The notes under the pieces were generated by a model, which saw only the letters and a program-made list of their open reading frames with translations, was not told the DNA's origin and made no database searches. From Cyanobacteria bacterium J06626_4 (GTDB lineage Bacteria > Cyanobacteriota > Cyanobacteriia > Phormidesmidales > Phormidesmidaceae): 64,000 bases of DNA. The stretch is taken from NCBI GenBank assembly GCA_038523235.1, contig JBCBJQ010000008.1, positions 32,001 to 96,000 on the forward strand, given 5' to 3'. Made by a program: the position numbers and the translations under genes. Below, piece by piece: positions 48,004 to 58,106 of this stretch; within the stretch, counting starts at the first letter, position 1, and each line of letters opens with the position of its first letter.

Positions 48004-49848
48004 TTAGCTGAGCCATGACAAGTCATCAAAGCGGCCCATCGCCTCGACTCGTCCTTCATGCAAAACAATGATGCGATCGGCCCGGCGCAGGACATCGGGT
48101 CGGTTAGATGTGATCAGGCAAGTTGGCCGTCCCGCTTCTGTTGCCCGGCCAGGGGCAAAGAGTCCCTCCCACAACTTTTGCTCGGTCTCAACATCCAGGG
48201 CGCTCGATAAATCGTCAAAGATCAAGAGTTCGGGCTGGCGTACCAGCATTCGCGCTGCCGCCGCGCGCTGGAGTTGTCCGCCTGAGAGCCGCACCCCTCG
48301 GGTGCCCACTAAGGTTGCCAGACCCATGGGCATGGCCGCAACGTCTTGGGCAAAAACTGACAGGCGGAGAGCCTCACCAAGGGCGGCGTCGGATTTTTCT
48401 AACTCCAGCAAGAGATTGTTGCTTAGGGTATCGCTAAATAAATGCGGCACTTGGGGCGTGTAGGCGCTACGGGGAGGGCAGAAAAAGGTGGCAGGATGCT
48501 CAACGGGTTGGCCGTTCCAGTAAATCGTGCCAGTTTGTCGAGGGAGCAATCCTAACAGGACGCGCAGGAGGGTGGTTTTGCCGGAGCCGACCGGGCCCGT
48601 AATGACGGTGAGGCTACCTCGGCGCAACGAGAAACTAATCGCTTCAATACCTTGGCTAGCATGGGGATAGTGATAGGAAAGGTCGACCACAGCCAACTCT
48701 TTGAAATGAGATGGGGCCTCTGCATGAGGCGGCTGGAGGGGGGGCAGTGGCGGTTGGCGACCCCAAAGTCCAGCCAAATAAAGCGGTTGATGGGCGACCA
48801 ATGCAAAGGCTGCCGCCGCTGGCGCACTATGATGCTCGGTGAGCGAGTCTGGTCGGTGCAGCGCCCTTAAGCGCTCAAACGAGACTTCGGTTTGTTTTAA
48901 CCAAGTCAGATACTGGCCAAAGGCCCGGAAAGCAGTTGCGACCAAAGCTAGATAGTAAATGAACAAGGCAAAATCACCCACGGAGAGCCCGCTGGTTGTT
49001 GGTGTATGGGCGGTTGCCATCAATAAAAGAATGCAGCCGATACCGAGGTTGGTGAGGTTCTCGAAGCCAGAATTGAGGACTGTGATCAGCAATCGGTCTT
49101 TCACCATTTGTTGCTGACGCTGGCCATTAAGGTGCTTGAGGTGATTGAGGACAGCGGTTTCGGTGCCGGTTGCTTTGAGCACTTGCACCGAAGCAAAGAT
49201 TTCCCCGAGAAATCCGGTGACGGCTTGGGTGGCCCGACGGCTCGCCCGGCGATATTGCTTGATCTGTTGTTGCACTTGCTGAACCGCGGCTGAGATTACG
49301 GCCAGCGGCAGAAAGACCATCAAGGTGATCTGAGGGTTGATCTGCAGCAAGAGCCCGATCGCGCCGAGGGCAAAAAGTCCGTACCCAATCAGGTCGGCGG
49401 TTTTGACGATGGTTTGCTCAATCAGTTCGGGGTCTTCGCGAAAGTAGGAAATAGCTTCGCCGGGGGAGATAGTTTGCCTTTGTGACCCCTCCTCAATCGA
49501 TAAGGGCTGAGCGCCGGGTTGCTGTAAAAGCTGGTCTAAGAGATTGTGACGCAGCAGCGATCGCAGGTTGAAGCGATACTGAGTGCGCACCCACTGACCG
49601 GCAAAGAGCGCCACAATTTCTCCCCCACTCGTTGCGACGAGTAAACCAAGGAAGGCCAGAGGCGACAGAGCCAGGGGGGCGGTCTCTGTCAGGGCATCAA
49701 AATACCCTTGAATAATCAGACCAGGAATCGCCGGAAAGACGCCCGAAATCAGCATCCACAGTCCAGCGTCTACAAGGGCCAGTTTCGGGGTGTAGCAAAT
49801 CAAGCGCCAGAGTAGGGGCCAGAGGGGCATCGGGGTGGGCAGGGTCAT
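48004..49848 (-). CDS. ABC transporter TMD+NBD half (degenerate catalytic residues)
   Basis: GPVGSGKT, LSGGQ, Walker B LIFDD (no Glu), switch ITSNR (no His). Confidence 0.9.
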   Translation of the reverse strand: MTLPTPMPLWPLLWRLICYTPKLALVDAGLWMLISGVFPAIPGLIIQGYFDALTETAPLALSPLAFLGLLVATSGGEIVALFAGQWVRTQYRFNLRSLLRHNLLDQLLQQPGAQPLSIEEGSQRQTISPGEAISYFREDPELIEQTIVKTADLIGYGLFALGAIGLLLQINPQITLMVFLPLAVISAAVQQVQQQIKQYRRASRRATQAVTGFLGEIFASVQVLKATGTETAVLNHLKHLNGQRQQQMVKDRLLITVLNSGFENLTNLGIGCILLLMATAHTPTTSGLSVGDFALFIYYLALVATAFRAFGQYLTWLKQTEVSFERLRALHRPDSLTEHHSAPAAAAFALVAHQPLYLAGLWGRQPPLPPLQPPHAEAPSHFKELAVVDLSYHYPHASQGIEAISFSLRRGSLTVITGPVGSGKTTLLRVLLGLLPRQTGTIYWNGQPVEHPATFFCPPRSAYTPQVPHLFSDTLSNNLLLELEKSDAALGEALRLSVFAQDVAAMPMGLATLVGTRGVRLSGGQLQRAAAARMLVRQPELLIFDDLSSALDVETEQKLWEGLFAPGRATEAGRPTCLITSNRPDVLRRADRIIVLHEGRVEAMGRFDDLSWLS

Positions 49849-49887
49849 TTTCGGAGAGTCGGGAGCGGGGTGAAAGCAGGGGAGGAG

Positions 49888-51660
49888 TTAAGAGCCAGGA
49901 GGAACGGTTTGAGACCTCTGTAAAAGGCGGGCAAAGCGTGAGGTTGATTGGTTTGCCAAGTCCTGGCGGGGGCCATATTCAACGACTTTTCCCTGCTCTA
50001 AAACGAGGATGTAATCGACGTGCCGGAGCGTGCTGAGGCGATGGGCAATGATGATCCCGGTGCGTCCTTGCATCAACTGTTGGGTGGCCTGCTCAACGCG
50101 ACGTTCTGTCAGCAGATCAAGGCGGGAAGAAGCTTCGTCGAGAATCACTAAACTGGGGTCTCGCAGCCAGATGCGAGCAAAGGCCAGAAGCTGGGCCTCG
50201 CCCGCTGACAGCCCACCACTGTCAGCAGCGAGCAGCGTATCGAGCCCTTGGGGGTGCGATCGCAGCCAATCGAGCAGCCCCAAAGCCTCTAACGCATGCT
50301 GAATTTGGCCATCCTCAATGGCCGGGTCAAACAGCCTCAAATTATCGCGCACGCTGGCCTGAAACAGTTGCACGTCCTGGGTGACGATGCCGACCCGCTG
50401 CCGTAGGCAGGCCGGAGACACGGTCTCAAGGGGAACTTGACCTAAACCAATCGCCCCCACCTGGGGCGCATAGAACCGCAACAGCAGGCGCGTCAACGTC
50501 GTTTTGCCACTGCCAGTGCGACCAACCACCCCCAATACCTGACCGGCTGGTAAGCACCAAGAGACATCCTGCAAAGCCCAGTCATGGGGCGGGGCAGCGT
50601 CGTAACTAAACCCCACGTGGTCGAATGTGACCCCCAAGGCGCCGCTGGGCAGCGGGCGATCGCCCGCCGGGGGGAGACGTGAAGGCGTTGTGAGGAGCTC
50701 TTGTACCCGCAGGATGCTGGCTTGGGCCTGCTGAAAATCGCTCAGTTCACTCAGAATACTCGCCATGGGCTGCCGCAACTGGTTGGTGTAATAAAAAATC
50801 AGGTACACCGTGCCGATCGTGATGGCCTGCTGAGACCAGAGGTAGGTGCCGACACTGAGGGCGATGATATTGCCCGTCGTTAACAGCGCCACTGAGCTGC
50901 TCCAGAGCACCGTTTGGGCCCAGCGCGCCCGATGAAAAATGGGCAACCACTGCTGCAGCATTTGATAGAAGCGATGCATCACATAACCGTTGCTGCCATT
51001 CGCCTGTAGGTCTTCTCGACCCGCCAGATATTCACCGAGAAAGCCAAAAAAACGAGCGCTGAGCTGGCGATAAGCCACCCAGACCGGTAGGGCAAATCGC
51101 AGGAGACGGGTCAAACCGCCGAAGGCAAATAGGACAAACAGAGTCAAACTCACCCCAGCTCGCCAATCCTCTAACCACAGCACGGCGAGAATGCCCAGCA
51201 GCAGCAGACTGTTACCCAAGATGTAGAGGGTAAATTGAGCAAAAAAGCGAGCCAGCGTGGTGACGTCGCCATCGACCCGCTCGACCAGTTCACCTGGGGT
51301 ACGAGACTGATGAAAGGAGAGATCGAGGTGTAGGCAATGGGCCGCGAGATCCGTCCGCAGCGCATTGGTAGCTTGCCAGGCAACCATTTCTCCTAAGTAG
51401 GTGCTCATCAGAGTCAATCCCTGTGTGATGAGGGCAATACTGATGAATAGAAGTGCTGCTTGCTGCAGGGATGCACCTGGCCCTGGATTGAGCGCCGTAT
51501 CGATGAAGTAACGCAGAATTTGGGGATTAATGAGCTGCAGGGCAATACTGAAAAATAGGGTGATGGCCAGCCCCATCACACGCAGTCGCTGAGATTTGAG
51601 ATAGCGCCCCAGCAAACGAGTATAGGGATTTGACGCGAACTGGTGAAAGGCTAATCTCAT
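49888..51660 (-). CDS. ABC transporter TMD+NBD half
   Basis: GRTGSGKT, LSAGE signature variant, ILDEA, IAHRLST. Confidence 0.9.
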   Translation of the reverse strand: MRLAFHQFASNPYTRLLGRYLKSQRLRVMGLAITLFFSIALQLINPQILRYFIDTALNPGPGASLQQAALLFISIALITQGLTLMSTYLGEMVAWQATNALRTDLAAHCLHLDLSFHQSRTPGELVERVDGDVTTLARFFAQFTLYILGNSLLLLGILAVLWLEDWRAGVSLTLFVLFAFGGLTRLLRFALPVWVAYRQLSARFFGFLGEYLAGREDLQANGSNGYVMHRFYQMLQQWLPIFHRARWAQTVLWSSSVALLTTGNIIALSVGTYLWSQQAITIGTVYLIFYYTNQLRQPMASILSELSDFQQAQASILRVQELLTTPSRLPPAGDRPLPSGALGVTFDHVGFSYDAAPPHDWALQDVSWCLPAGQVLGVVGRTGSGKTTLTRLLLRFYAPQVGAIGLGQVPLETVSPACLRQRVGIVTQDVQLFQASVRDNLRLFDPAIEDGQIQHALEALGLLDWLRSHPQGLDTLLAADSGGLSAGEAQLLAFARIWLRDPSLVILDEASSRLDLLTERRVEQATQQLMQGRTGIIIAHRLSTLRHVDYILVLEQGKVVEYGPRQDLANQSTSRFARLLQRSQTVPPGS

Positions 51661-51726
51661 TCTATCAAGAGACCATATGACGGCTTTGAGCTCGTCGATT
51701 AGGGTACGGTTAGCGCGCGCAAAATA

Positions 51727-51779
51727 CTAGAGATTTTGAACCCCAAACACACTTTTTTTGAACTCGCTGCACACTTTTT
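51727..51779 (-). promoter_or_regulatory. AraC-type direct-repeat operator upstream of the ABC pair
   Basis: CTAGAGATTTTGAACCCCAAACACACTTTTT-TTGAACTCGCTGCACACTTTTT, period 22; same frame as 40977 and 46172. Confidence 0.6.
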
Positions 51780-51864
51780 GGAGTGGCACTTTTACGGTTC
51801 TTCTGGTGCTGCTCTCGCTCATTCATGGCTTTTCCAGGAGCATGTAGGCGACTATGGTGCCTTT

Positions 51865-52004
51865 ATACCAGTTCTCTGAAACTGGACTACAGATCTGCCT
51901 TTCGACTCCGCTCAAGATCTGCCTTTCGACTCCGCTCAAGGAACGTCGGCTGAGCGGAGTCGAAGCCGACTTGTCTGTGTAGCTGTAATTTGTAGAACTG
52001 ATAT
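51865..52004. mobile_element. MITE-like element carrying REP palindromes
   Basis: Ends ATACCAGTTCT / AGAACTGATAT; subterminal CTACAGAT / TGTGTAG; 24-bp tandem duplication at 51891-51938; core matches 24666-24710 inverted. Confidence 0.7.
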
Positions 52005-52118
52005 TACTAGCAGTTTGGGTGGTGAGCGGCGTCTGTTTGTCGGGTGGGCGGAGTTTTTCTTTAACTTGTGTAGAAAGTGTCACACGCCCACTTTGTTGCG
52101 CTCTCGACGGGGGCGCTC

Positions 52119-53120
52119 TCACGGTAAGGGCAACTCGCCCACCTGATGGATGACATACTGCTCGCCATCAGGGACGAGGGCGCGAAACAAGTCATTTAAC
52201 ATCATGTGAGCGCTGACAATGCCTGGATTGAGGAACCAAACCTCTGCCGATACCTCATGCACCTGTTCTCGCTGTACGACATCGAGTTGAGACCATAGTT
52301 GACTCTCCTGAGCCTGGGCCAAGGTCGATTCTTCTGGATTGTCTTGCACAAAGAACAGAACGTCGCCATCGATGCTGGGGAGACTTTCGAGGCTAATGAT
52401 TTCATCGTGGTTGTCCCGCTGCTGACTCTCAGGGCGCGGCAGCCCGGCCTCAGCTAACACCACTCCCGGCAGGCTGTCTTCTTGGTAGATGTGAATCTGA
52501 TCGGGGAGAAACCGCGCCACGGAGACAACGGTAGTGTCGAGGCGATCGCCCATTGCCTGCTGAAACTGAGCGATGCGCTGCTCATACTGCTGAATCAGTG
52601 CTTGGGCTTCATCGGATTTCCCCAAAGCCGTTGCCCAGGTCTGTATATACTCTTTCCAAGCGGCCACCTCGCCTGAGATGTCTATCAGTACGGTGGGCGC
52701 AATTTGCGACAACTGCGGATAAAAGCTTTCAGCGAACATTGTGCCCAAAATTAAATCCGGCTGCAGCTCAACAATAGTCTCTAGATTAGGCTGGGCAAAA
52801 TTGCCCACGGCGGCGATGCCTTCGGTGCGATCGCTGAGCCTGGGGGCTTCATCCCCAACGATTTGAGGCGGCGCGCTCAGAACCGCCCCAACAGGCTCTA
52901 CGCCGAGTGCCAGCGCGTCCACAGCTGACCACAGCAGCACTGCCCGTTCGGGGGTTTGGGGTACGACGGTTTCACCCATCGCATGTTGAATCATGCGCCC
53001 CTCCGCAGCGGGAATCGGCTCATCACTGGATTGGTTAGCGCCACACGCGGCAACCGTCACGACCGCCACTAAAGCCGCTAAAAAGAGCGCCATCGTCTTG
53101 ATGCTGACTCGAATATGCAT
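52119..53120 (-). CDS. Iron-siderophore binding lipoprotein
   Basis: AGGAGG RBS, lipobox VAAC, PNLETI..QPDLILG. Confidence 0.92.
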   Translation of the reverse strand: MHIRVSIKTMALFLAALVAVVTVAACGANQSSDEPIPAAEGRMIQHAMGETVVPQTPERAVLLWSAVDALALGVEPVGAVLSAPPQIVGDEAPRLSDRTEGIAAVGNFAQPNLETIVELQPDLILGTMFAESFYPQLSQIAPTVLIDISGEVAAWKEYIQTWATALGKSDEAQALIQQYEQRIAQFQQAMGDRLDTTVVSVARFLPDQIHIYQEDSLPGVVLAEAGLPRPESQQRDNHDEIISLESLPSIDGDVLFFVQDNPEESTLAQAQESQLWSQLDVVQREQVHEVSAEVWFLNPGIVSAHMMLNDLFRALVPDGEQYVIHQVGELPLP

Positions 53121-53134
53121 CCTGTATAAACCTC

Positions 53135-55816
53135 CTAAAACGTGACGGAAACACTGCCCACGACGGTGAAGGGCTCACCCGGTGTCGTGCCCCCCCGCCC
53201 CGCCTCGGTACTCTCGAAATAGTTGATGTCGAAGAGATTGCGAAAGTTGAGTCCAAGGCGAAAATCTTCCTGGCGGTAGTAAATAGCCGCATCGGTGCGC
53301 AGGTATTCATCCATCGTGAAAGTATTGGCATTATCCCCCTGGCGTTCGCCCACGTAGTAAAGTCCCACCCCAAAGCCTAGTCCTGCTAAGTCACCCGACT
53401 GAATTTCGTAGGTTGTCCACAGGCTGGCCGAAGTTTCTGGGACATTGGGCGGCGTGGCACCCGCTGCAAAATCGGCACTTTCCTCAATTTCAGCATCCAA
53501 TAAACTCAAGCCGGCCAGAACGTTCCACCCTGGCAAGATTTCGCCGGTCACATTGAGTTCCATGCCCCGACTGGTCTGCTCGCCAATCGGCACCACAAAG
53601 TTGGTATTGTCAGGATTCGCAGCGGCCAAGTTGGTTTGGGTAATGTCAAAGAAGGACAGGGTGGCCGCGAGTCGCCCGTCGAACAGCTCCGTTTTCAGAC
53701 CCACCTCAAACTGTTCCCCTTCTTCGGGGTCGAGAAACTCGCCGTCAATCGTGGTGGCTGTTAAGCTATTGGGCTCAAAGGAGCGGCTATAGCTGGCATA
53801 TATAGCAAGTTCTGGTATCGGCTGATAGACGATGCCGACTCGGGGGGTAAACGCCGTTTGAGACTGTTCATTGTCGCGGGCGGGAGTTTCAAAGATGCCC
53901 GGAATGGAAACGGCTGCAGCCGTGCTGCTTTGGGTAAAGAAATCAACCCGTCCGCCTAGCAGCAGAGTAACCTCTGGCAAGAGTTCGATTTGATCTTGCA
54001 GCAGCAACCCCACTCGGTTGCGACTGGCGGTGGTATCCGTCGTGGTAAAGGTCAACGGCAGGTCTGGACGGGGGACGACACCAATCTCTGGATCGAATAG
54101 ATTGACCGGGGGGGCTAAATCATTGGCAATAAAAAAGTCCGAGTCGTCAAAAAATACATCGACCCCCGCTAATAGGGTGTGATTGATCGAGCCCGTCGCA
54201 AATTCGCCAATCACCTCCGTCTGAAATTCATAGCTATCGAGGTTACCGTCACTGAAGTAATAGAGGCGGGTAATCTCACCGGTTGCTTCATTCAGCCCCC
54301 CCAAGCTTTCCTCCAGCTGAGTCCGGCGGTTCACCGAGCGACTGTCGGTATAGCGAAAGCGATGACGGAGCTGCCAGTTATCACTAAAACGATGCTCTAA
54401 GCGATAGCCAACGCGGGTACTTTGGGTCCGAAAGAAGTCATCGGGTTCGCCGATAATTGTATCGAGGGAGACATCGGCCAACTCATCCCCCAGCGGAGGA
54501 ATCCCTTTGTCATAGGGGCGCTGGTCGTTGAAGTACTCTAAATTTAGGGTTAAGTCGGTGCGATCGCTCAAATCAATCGCAACTACAGGTGCGATGAAGA
54601 CGCGGTCAACCTCGGTGTCATAATCGCGAAACCCATCCGCCCGCTCATAGGCCGCGTTGAGCCGATAGCGGATATTGCCCTCAGCGTCGAGCGGGCCTGT
54701 AACATCGAGCGTGGGCCGAAAGAGTCCGTAGCTGCCGATCTGAGTGGTCACCTCAGCAAAGGGGGTGTCTAACGGCTGCTTGGTGACCAAATTGATGACG
54801 CCCCCCGGCTCGACGTTGCCGTAGAGAATCGAGGCTGGTCCTCGCAACACCTCAATGCGCTCTAGGTTGGCGGTTTCCTGAAGACCACCCTGACCATTAC
54901 TGTCAGCTTCACCAGAACGAAAGCCATCGCGGAGAATGGCCGCCCCCTGAAACCCACGAATCGTAAAAGTATCGAGACCGCCGCCAAAGTTATTGCCCGG
55001 CACCACGCCCGGCACGTTTCGTAACGCATCATTCAGGCGGATGACCTGCTGATCTTCGAGAACGGCTTCTGGGATCACCTGGATCGACTGGGGGATCTCG
55101 ATCAGCGGTGTATCGGTGCGGGTGGCGGTGGTCGCGTTGGATTCGGCATAGCCCCGGTCTTCTTCGCCAGTAACGACAATTCTCAAGGCTTCATCATCTT
55201 CACTCACTTGAGCCACTCCCGGCACCACGCTGAGCGCCAGGCCAGTGGCTGCGGTCTCGACCTCGGCAGCCGGTGCCGCGTCGGCTCCTGTAATCACTAC
55301 CTGCACTTGCTCCCCCGGCAGGGCTGTGACTTGTACGAGGGCAATGCCCTCAGCAGGGGCAAACGCTAAAAACTCGTCACCTTCGGGCAGTGATAACACC
55401 GCATTGGCAATGTCGACGATCAGCGCATCGCCCGACACCGTTGTGGTCGGCTCTAGCAATTCACCGGCGGCGGTGGCCAGCAAAACCTGCAAGCCTGTCT
55501 CAGTTTCCTCCAGTTGGACGCCGATGATTTGGATGGGGGCGGTTTCGGTTTGGGCAATTGAGTCTGAGACGGTGACTCGTTGTGGTTTGTCGGTTGTCGG
55601 TTGTGGGTTCTTAGTGACAAAGCCAGGGGGGGAAGTTACATCGGGAAAAACATTGGTTGCGGGTCCTTGCGGCCGATCGAATAACCCATAACGATTAGCC
55701 AAGGACGCTCTATCCGATAACTCTTGGGCTGCCGCCGTTTCGGCAACCGCAATCGGTAGGCTCGCGGCGGCTAAAACCCAGAGGTAATGCCAATTCTGTG
55801 ACGATTTTCCCATCAT
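53135..55816 (-). CDS. TonB-dependent siderophore receptor with AMIN domain
   Basis: TRTDTPLIEIPQSIQV, ERIEVLRGPASILYG, C-terminal SVTF. Confidence 0.93.
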   Translation of the reverse strand: MMGKSSQNWHYLWVLAAASLPIAVAETAAAQELSDRASLANRYGLFDRPQGPATNVFPDVTSPPGFVTKNPQPTTDKPQRVTVSDSIAQTETAPIQIIGVQLEETETGLQVLLATAAGELLEPTTTVSGDALIVDIANAVLSLPEGDEFLAFAPAEGIALVQVTALPGEQVQVVITGADAAPAAEVETAATGLALSVVPGVAQVSEDDEALRIVVTGEEDRGYAESNATTATRTDTPLIEIPQSIQVIPEAVLEDQQVIRLNDALRNVPGVVPGNNFGGGLDTFTIRGFQGAAILRDGFRSGEADSNGQGGLQETANLERIEVLRGPASILYGNVEPGGVINLVTKQPLDTPFAEVTTQIGSYGLFRPTLDVTGPLDAEGNIRYRLNAAYERADGFRDYDTEVDRVFIAPVVAIDLSDRTDLTLNLEYFNDQRPYDKGIPPLGDELADVSLDTIIGEPDDFFRTQSTRVGYRLEHRFSDNWQLRHRFRYTDSRSVNRRTQLEESLGGLNEATGEITRLYYFSDGNLDSYEFQTEVIGEFATGSINHTLLAGVDVFFDDSDFFIANDLAPPVNLFDPEIGVVPRPDLPLTFTTTDTTASRNRVGLLLQDQIELLPEVTLLLGGRVDFFTQSSTAAAVSIPGIFETPARDNEQSQTAFTPRVGIVYQPIPELAIYASYSRSFEPNSLTATTIDGEFLDPEEGEQFEVGLKTELFDGRLAATLSFFDITQTNLAAANPDNTNFVVPIGEQTSRGMELNVTGEILPGWNVLAGLSLLDAEIEESADFAAGATPPNVPETSASLWTTYEIQSGDLAGLGFGVGLYYVGERQGDNANTFTMDEYLRTDAAIYYRQEDFRLGLNFRNLFDINYFESTEAGRGGTTPGEPFTVVGSVSVTF

Positions 55817-55899
55817 GTTCCTCACACGGTTGCTGATGCTCAACAGGAAATTGGGTCGGCGACATGACGCGCCGTCACCAAGATTGAGTGATTGAGCTT

Positions 55900-55987
55900 G
55901 AAGCGAATTATTCTCAGCTAGCGTAGGAGACTTTGCGATCGCTTTCTAGCGATTTCGGGCCTCAAACGCAATTCTTTTGCCCAGATT
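55900..55987 (-). promoter_or_regulatory. Receptor promoter: Fur-like box plus conserved operator
   Basis: GAAGCGAATTATTCTCAGC at 55900; CTAGCGATTTCGGGCCTCAAACGCAATTCTTTTGCCCAG is conserved with 63293. Confidence 0.55.
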
Positions 55988-56015
55988 TCACTGCCCGCTG
56001 AAAATCAGGCAGGGC

Positions 56016-57107
56016 CTAACTAGCCTGCTGCCAAACCCGCATCTGAAACGCTTTAGGATTAAGCCCAATTTTTTGACGAAAAGCTGTGGCAAAGCGATTA
56101 CGGCTGGTGTAGCCGACCGCCGCTGCCACCTCCGTGACTGACAGATCCGCAGCCATTAACAGTCGCTTGGCTTGCAACAACCGACAGTTACGCAAGTAGC
56201 CAAAGGGCGTTGTTTCGTACAGTGTGTGGAAGCCCTGGGTCAGCGTGAGCCGATTGGTGCCGACCTGTCGGGCCAGCGCTTCAATCGTCGGCGGATTCAA
56301 GATCTGGTTTCTCAAAATAGCGCCTGCCTGGTAAACATAGTCGAGGTCAGATTCGTGCCGACGACGGTGTACTATCGCCTCAAGATAAAGCCTCACGAGT
56401 GATAGGGCTTGATGCTTTAAGTAGGTGCGGCGGGTTGCGCCCTGGTAAGGACAGCTGAAAATCTGCCCAATCACTTGCTCCATTGCCGGGGTGATCGCGC
56501 TGCGGGAAGCGTCTTGGAAGGCTAGGACCTCGTCATAGAGCGCATCGGTCAAAATTTGCTCAAGGGTGAGTTGCAGCCCCGGTGTCCTAGCCCGACCGAA
56601 AATCTGGTTGAGCATGCCCATCATGGTTGAGCTGGAGCCGCCCCCCTGGTGTCGATAGATGGATTGAATGATGCCCTCGGTGTGGCTTTGGGTTTGCGGT
56701 GACAAACGCTCTACGAATGCTTGACAATAGGTCGTGAGAGCCGGTGGCTTAAACCAAACTTCAATGTTGAAAAACCGTTTTTGCGCCGGTTTGATTTCAA
56801 ACTCTCTCAGACCAAAATGCGGAATAAAAGAGCTATAACCAGCATCACGACCCGCTAATCGAAATTCAAATTCTATGGAATGATGGCTATCTACCCGGCC
56901 AACAACCCGATGCTGATTGAGGCTATAGTCGTGAATGCTCAGGGCCAAATCATCTTGCAGTGGAATGAATTGACTGTAGCCTTGCCCAACTTGAGATGAA
57001 AAGACTTCAATGTTATCAGTCTCATCGGCATGAAACAGTCGTGAATTGTTGGGGCTGCCGGGCAACAACCAATCATCGGAACGACTCAAGACCAACGGTG
57101 TTTTCAT
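56016..57107 (-). CDS. AraC family regulator
   Basis: LARQVGTNRLTLTQGF, VGYTSRNRFATAF; Fur-like box at 57138-57156. Confidence 0.9.
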   Translation of the reverse strand: MKTPLVLSRSDDWLLPGSPNNSRLFHADETDNIEVFSSQVGQGYSQFIPLQDDLALSIHDYSLNQHRVVGRVDSHHSIEFEFRLAGRDAGYSSFIPHFGLREFEIKPAQKRFFNIEVWFKPPALTTYCQAFVERLSPQTQSHTEGIIQSIYRHQGGGSSSTMMGMLNQIFGRARTPGLQLTLEQILTDALYDEVLAFQDASRSAITPAMEQVIGQIFSCPYQGATRRTYLKHQALSLVRLYLEAIVHRRRHESDLDYVYQAGAILRNQILNPPTIEALARQVGTNRLTLTQGFHTLYETTPFGYLRNCRLLQAKRLLMAADLSVTEVAAAVGYTSRNRFATAFRQKIGLNPKAFQMRVWQQAS

Positions 57108-57247
57108 AGAGGCATGCAGTTCAAAAACTGACAATCAATTGCGAATTTCTCTCATTAACTACAGGAGGGTTAGAGAGCTTGATATCGCTGCTTCAGCATC
57201 AGCTCTGGGGCGAGCGTGGTTTGCTGAAGTCGTGTCTAAAGTGTCAT

Positions 57248-57904
57248 TTACTCAGCTAGGGTCTCTTCCCGCCGATCCTGCACAGTGCTGAGATTTTCTT
57301 GAGCAGCGGTAAAATCCGGCTCAATCTTTAACGCCTGCTCATAGGCGGCGATCGCGGCTTCATACTGCGCTAAATTTGCCAGTGCCGTGCCCAGGTTATT
57401 GTAGGCTTCGGCATAATCGGGCTGCAGCTCTACCGCCCTTTGGTAGGCGGCAACAGCCTCTTCCCCAGCCAGCAAGTTGCCTAAATTGTTGTACACTTCC
57501 GCCACTGCCGGGTCGAGTTCGAGCGCTTGTTGATAGGCCGCGATCGCCTCGTCATAGGCTTCTAACTCAACTAACACAACCCCCAGATTGTTGTAAATGG
57601 TGGCGCTATCAGGGTCGAGGGCAATGGCTTGTTGGTAGGCGGCTGCCGCCCCCTCTAAATCACCCAGATAGTAAAGCGTCGCGCCCAAGTTGTTGTGCGC
57701 GTCGGGATTGTCGGGTTGGAGTTCGATCAACTGCTGCCACGCCGCGGCGGCGGCCTCATACTCACCGGCTTCATAGGCTTCCAGCCCAGTTTGGATCACC
57801 TCTTGGGCCGACTGAGCCGCCACCGGTAGCGAGGGCAGCACCGCCATCCCGAGGGCCAAGAGAGAGGCCCAGCCAACAGATCCCAGGGTTTTCATCGGTT
57901 GCAC
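57248..57904 (-). CDS. Exported tetratricopeptide repeat protein
   Basis: Signal peptide ending VAA-Q; repeated (A/I/V)(Y/H)NNLG..A.AAYQ.A..L.P units; Fur-like box at 57941-57959. Confidence 0.88.
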   Translation of the reverse strand: MQPMKTLGSVGWASLLALGMAVLPSLPVAAQSAQEVIQTGLEAYEAGEYEAAAAAWQQLIELQPDNPDAHNNLGATLYYLGDLEGAAAAYQQAIALDPDSATIYNNLGVVLVELEAYDEAIAAYQQALELDPAVAEVYNNLGNLLAGEEAVAAYQRAVELQPDYAEAYNNLGTALANLAQYEAAIAAYEQALKIEPDFTAAQENLSTVQDRREETLAE

Positions 57905-58106
57905 AACTCCGCAACAAGACTTTGGTGAATCTTAGCGTTAGTTGCAAGCCTTTCTCAATTAAATGATCATCTTCGCCGTATGACATCACGGTTGGCGTGG
58001 CGGCATCAGGCCCCTGAACTGACGTTTGCGACTGGGGGCGCATCAGTTCTGCCGGCATGTGTCCAGTCCGGTATCGCCAGGATTGGTGGTGGAAGAGGCT
58101 GGGTTC

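Noticed and set aside
51823..52122. 99-aa ORF sharing TPLSRRSLSGVE with the 24757 ORF
   Set aside because: The shared peptide is the REP sequence read in frame, not protein homology.
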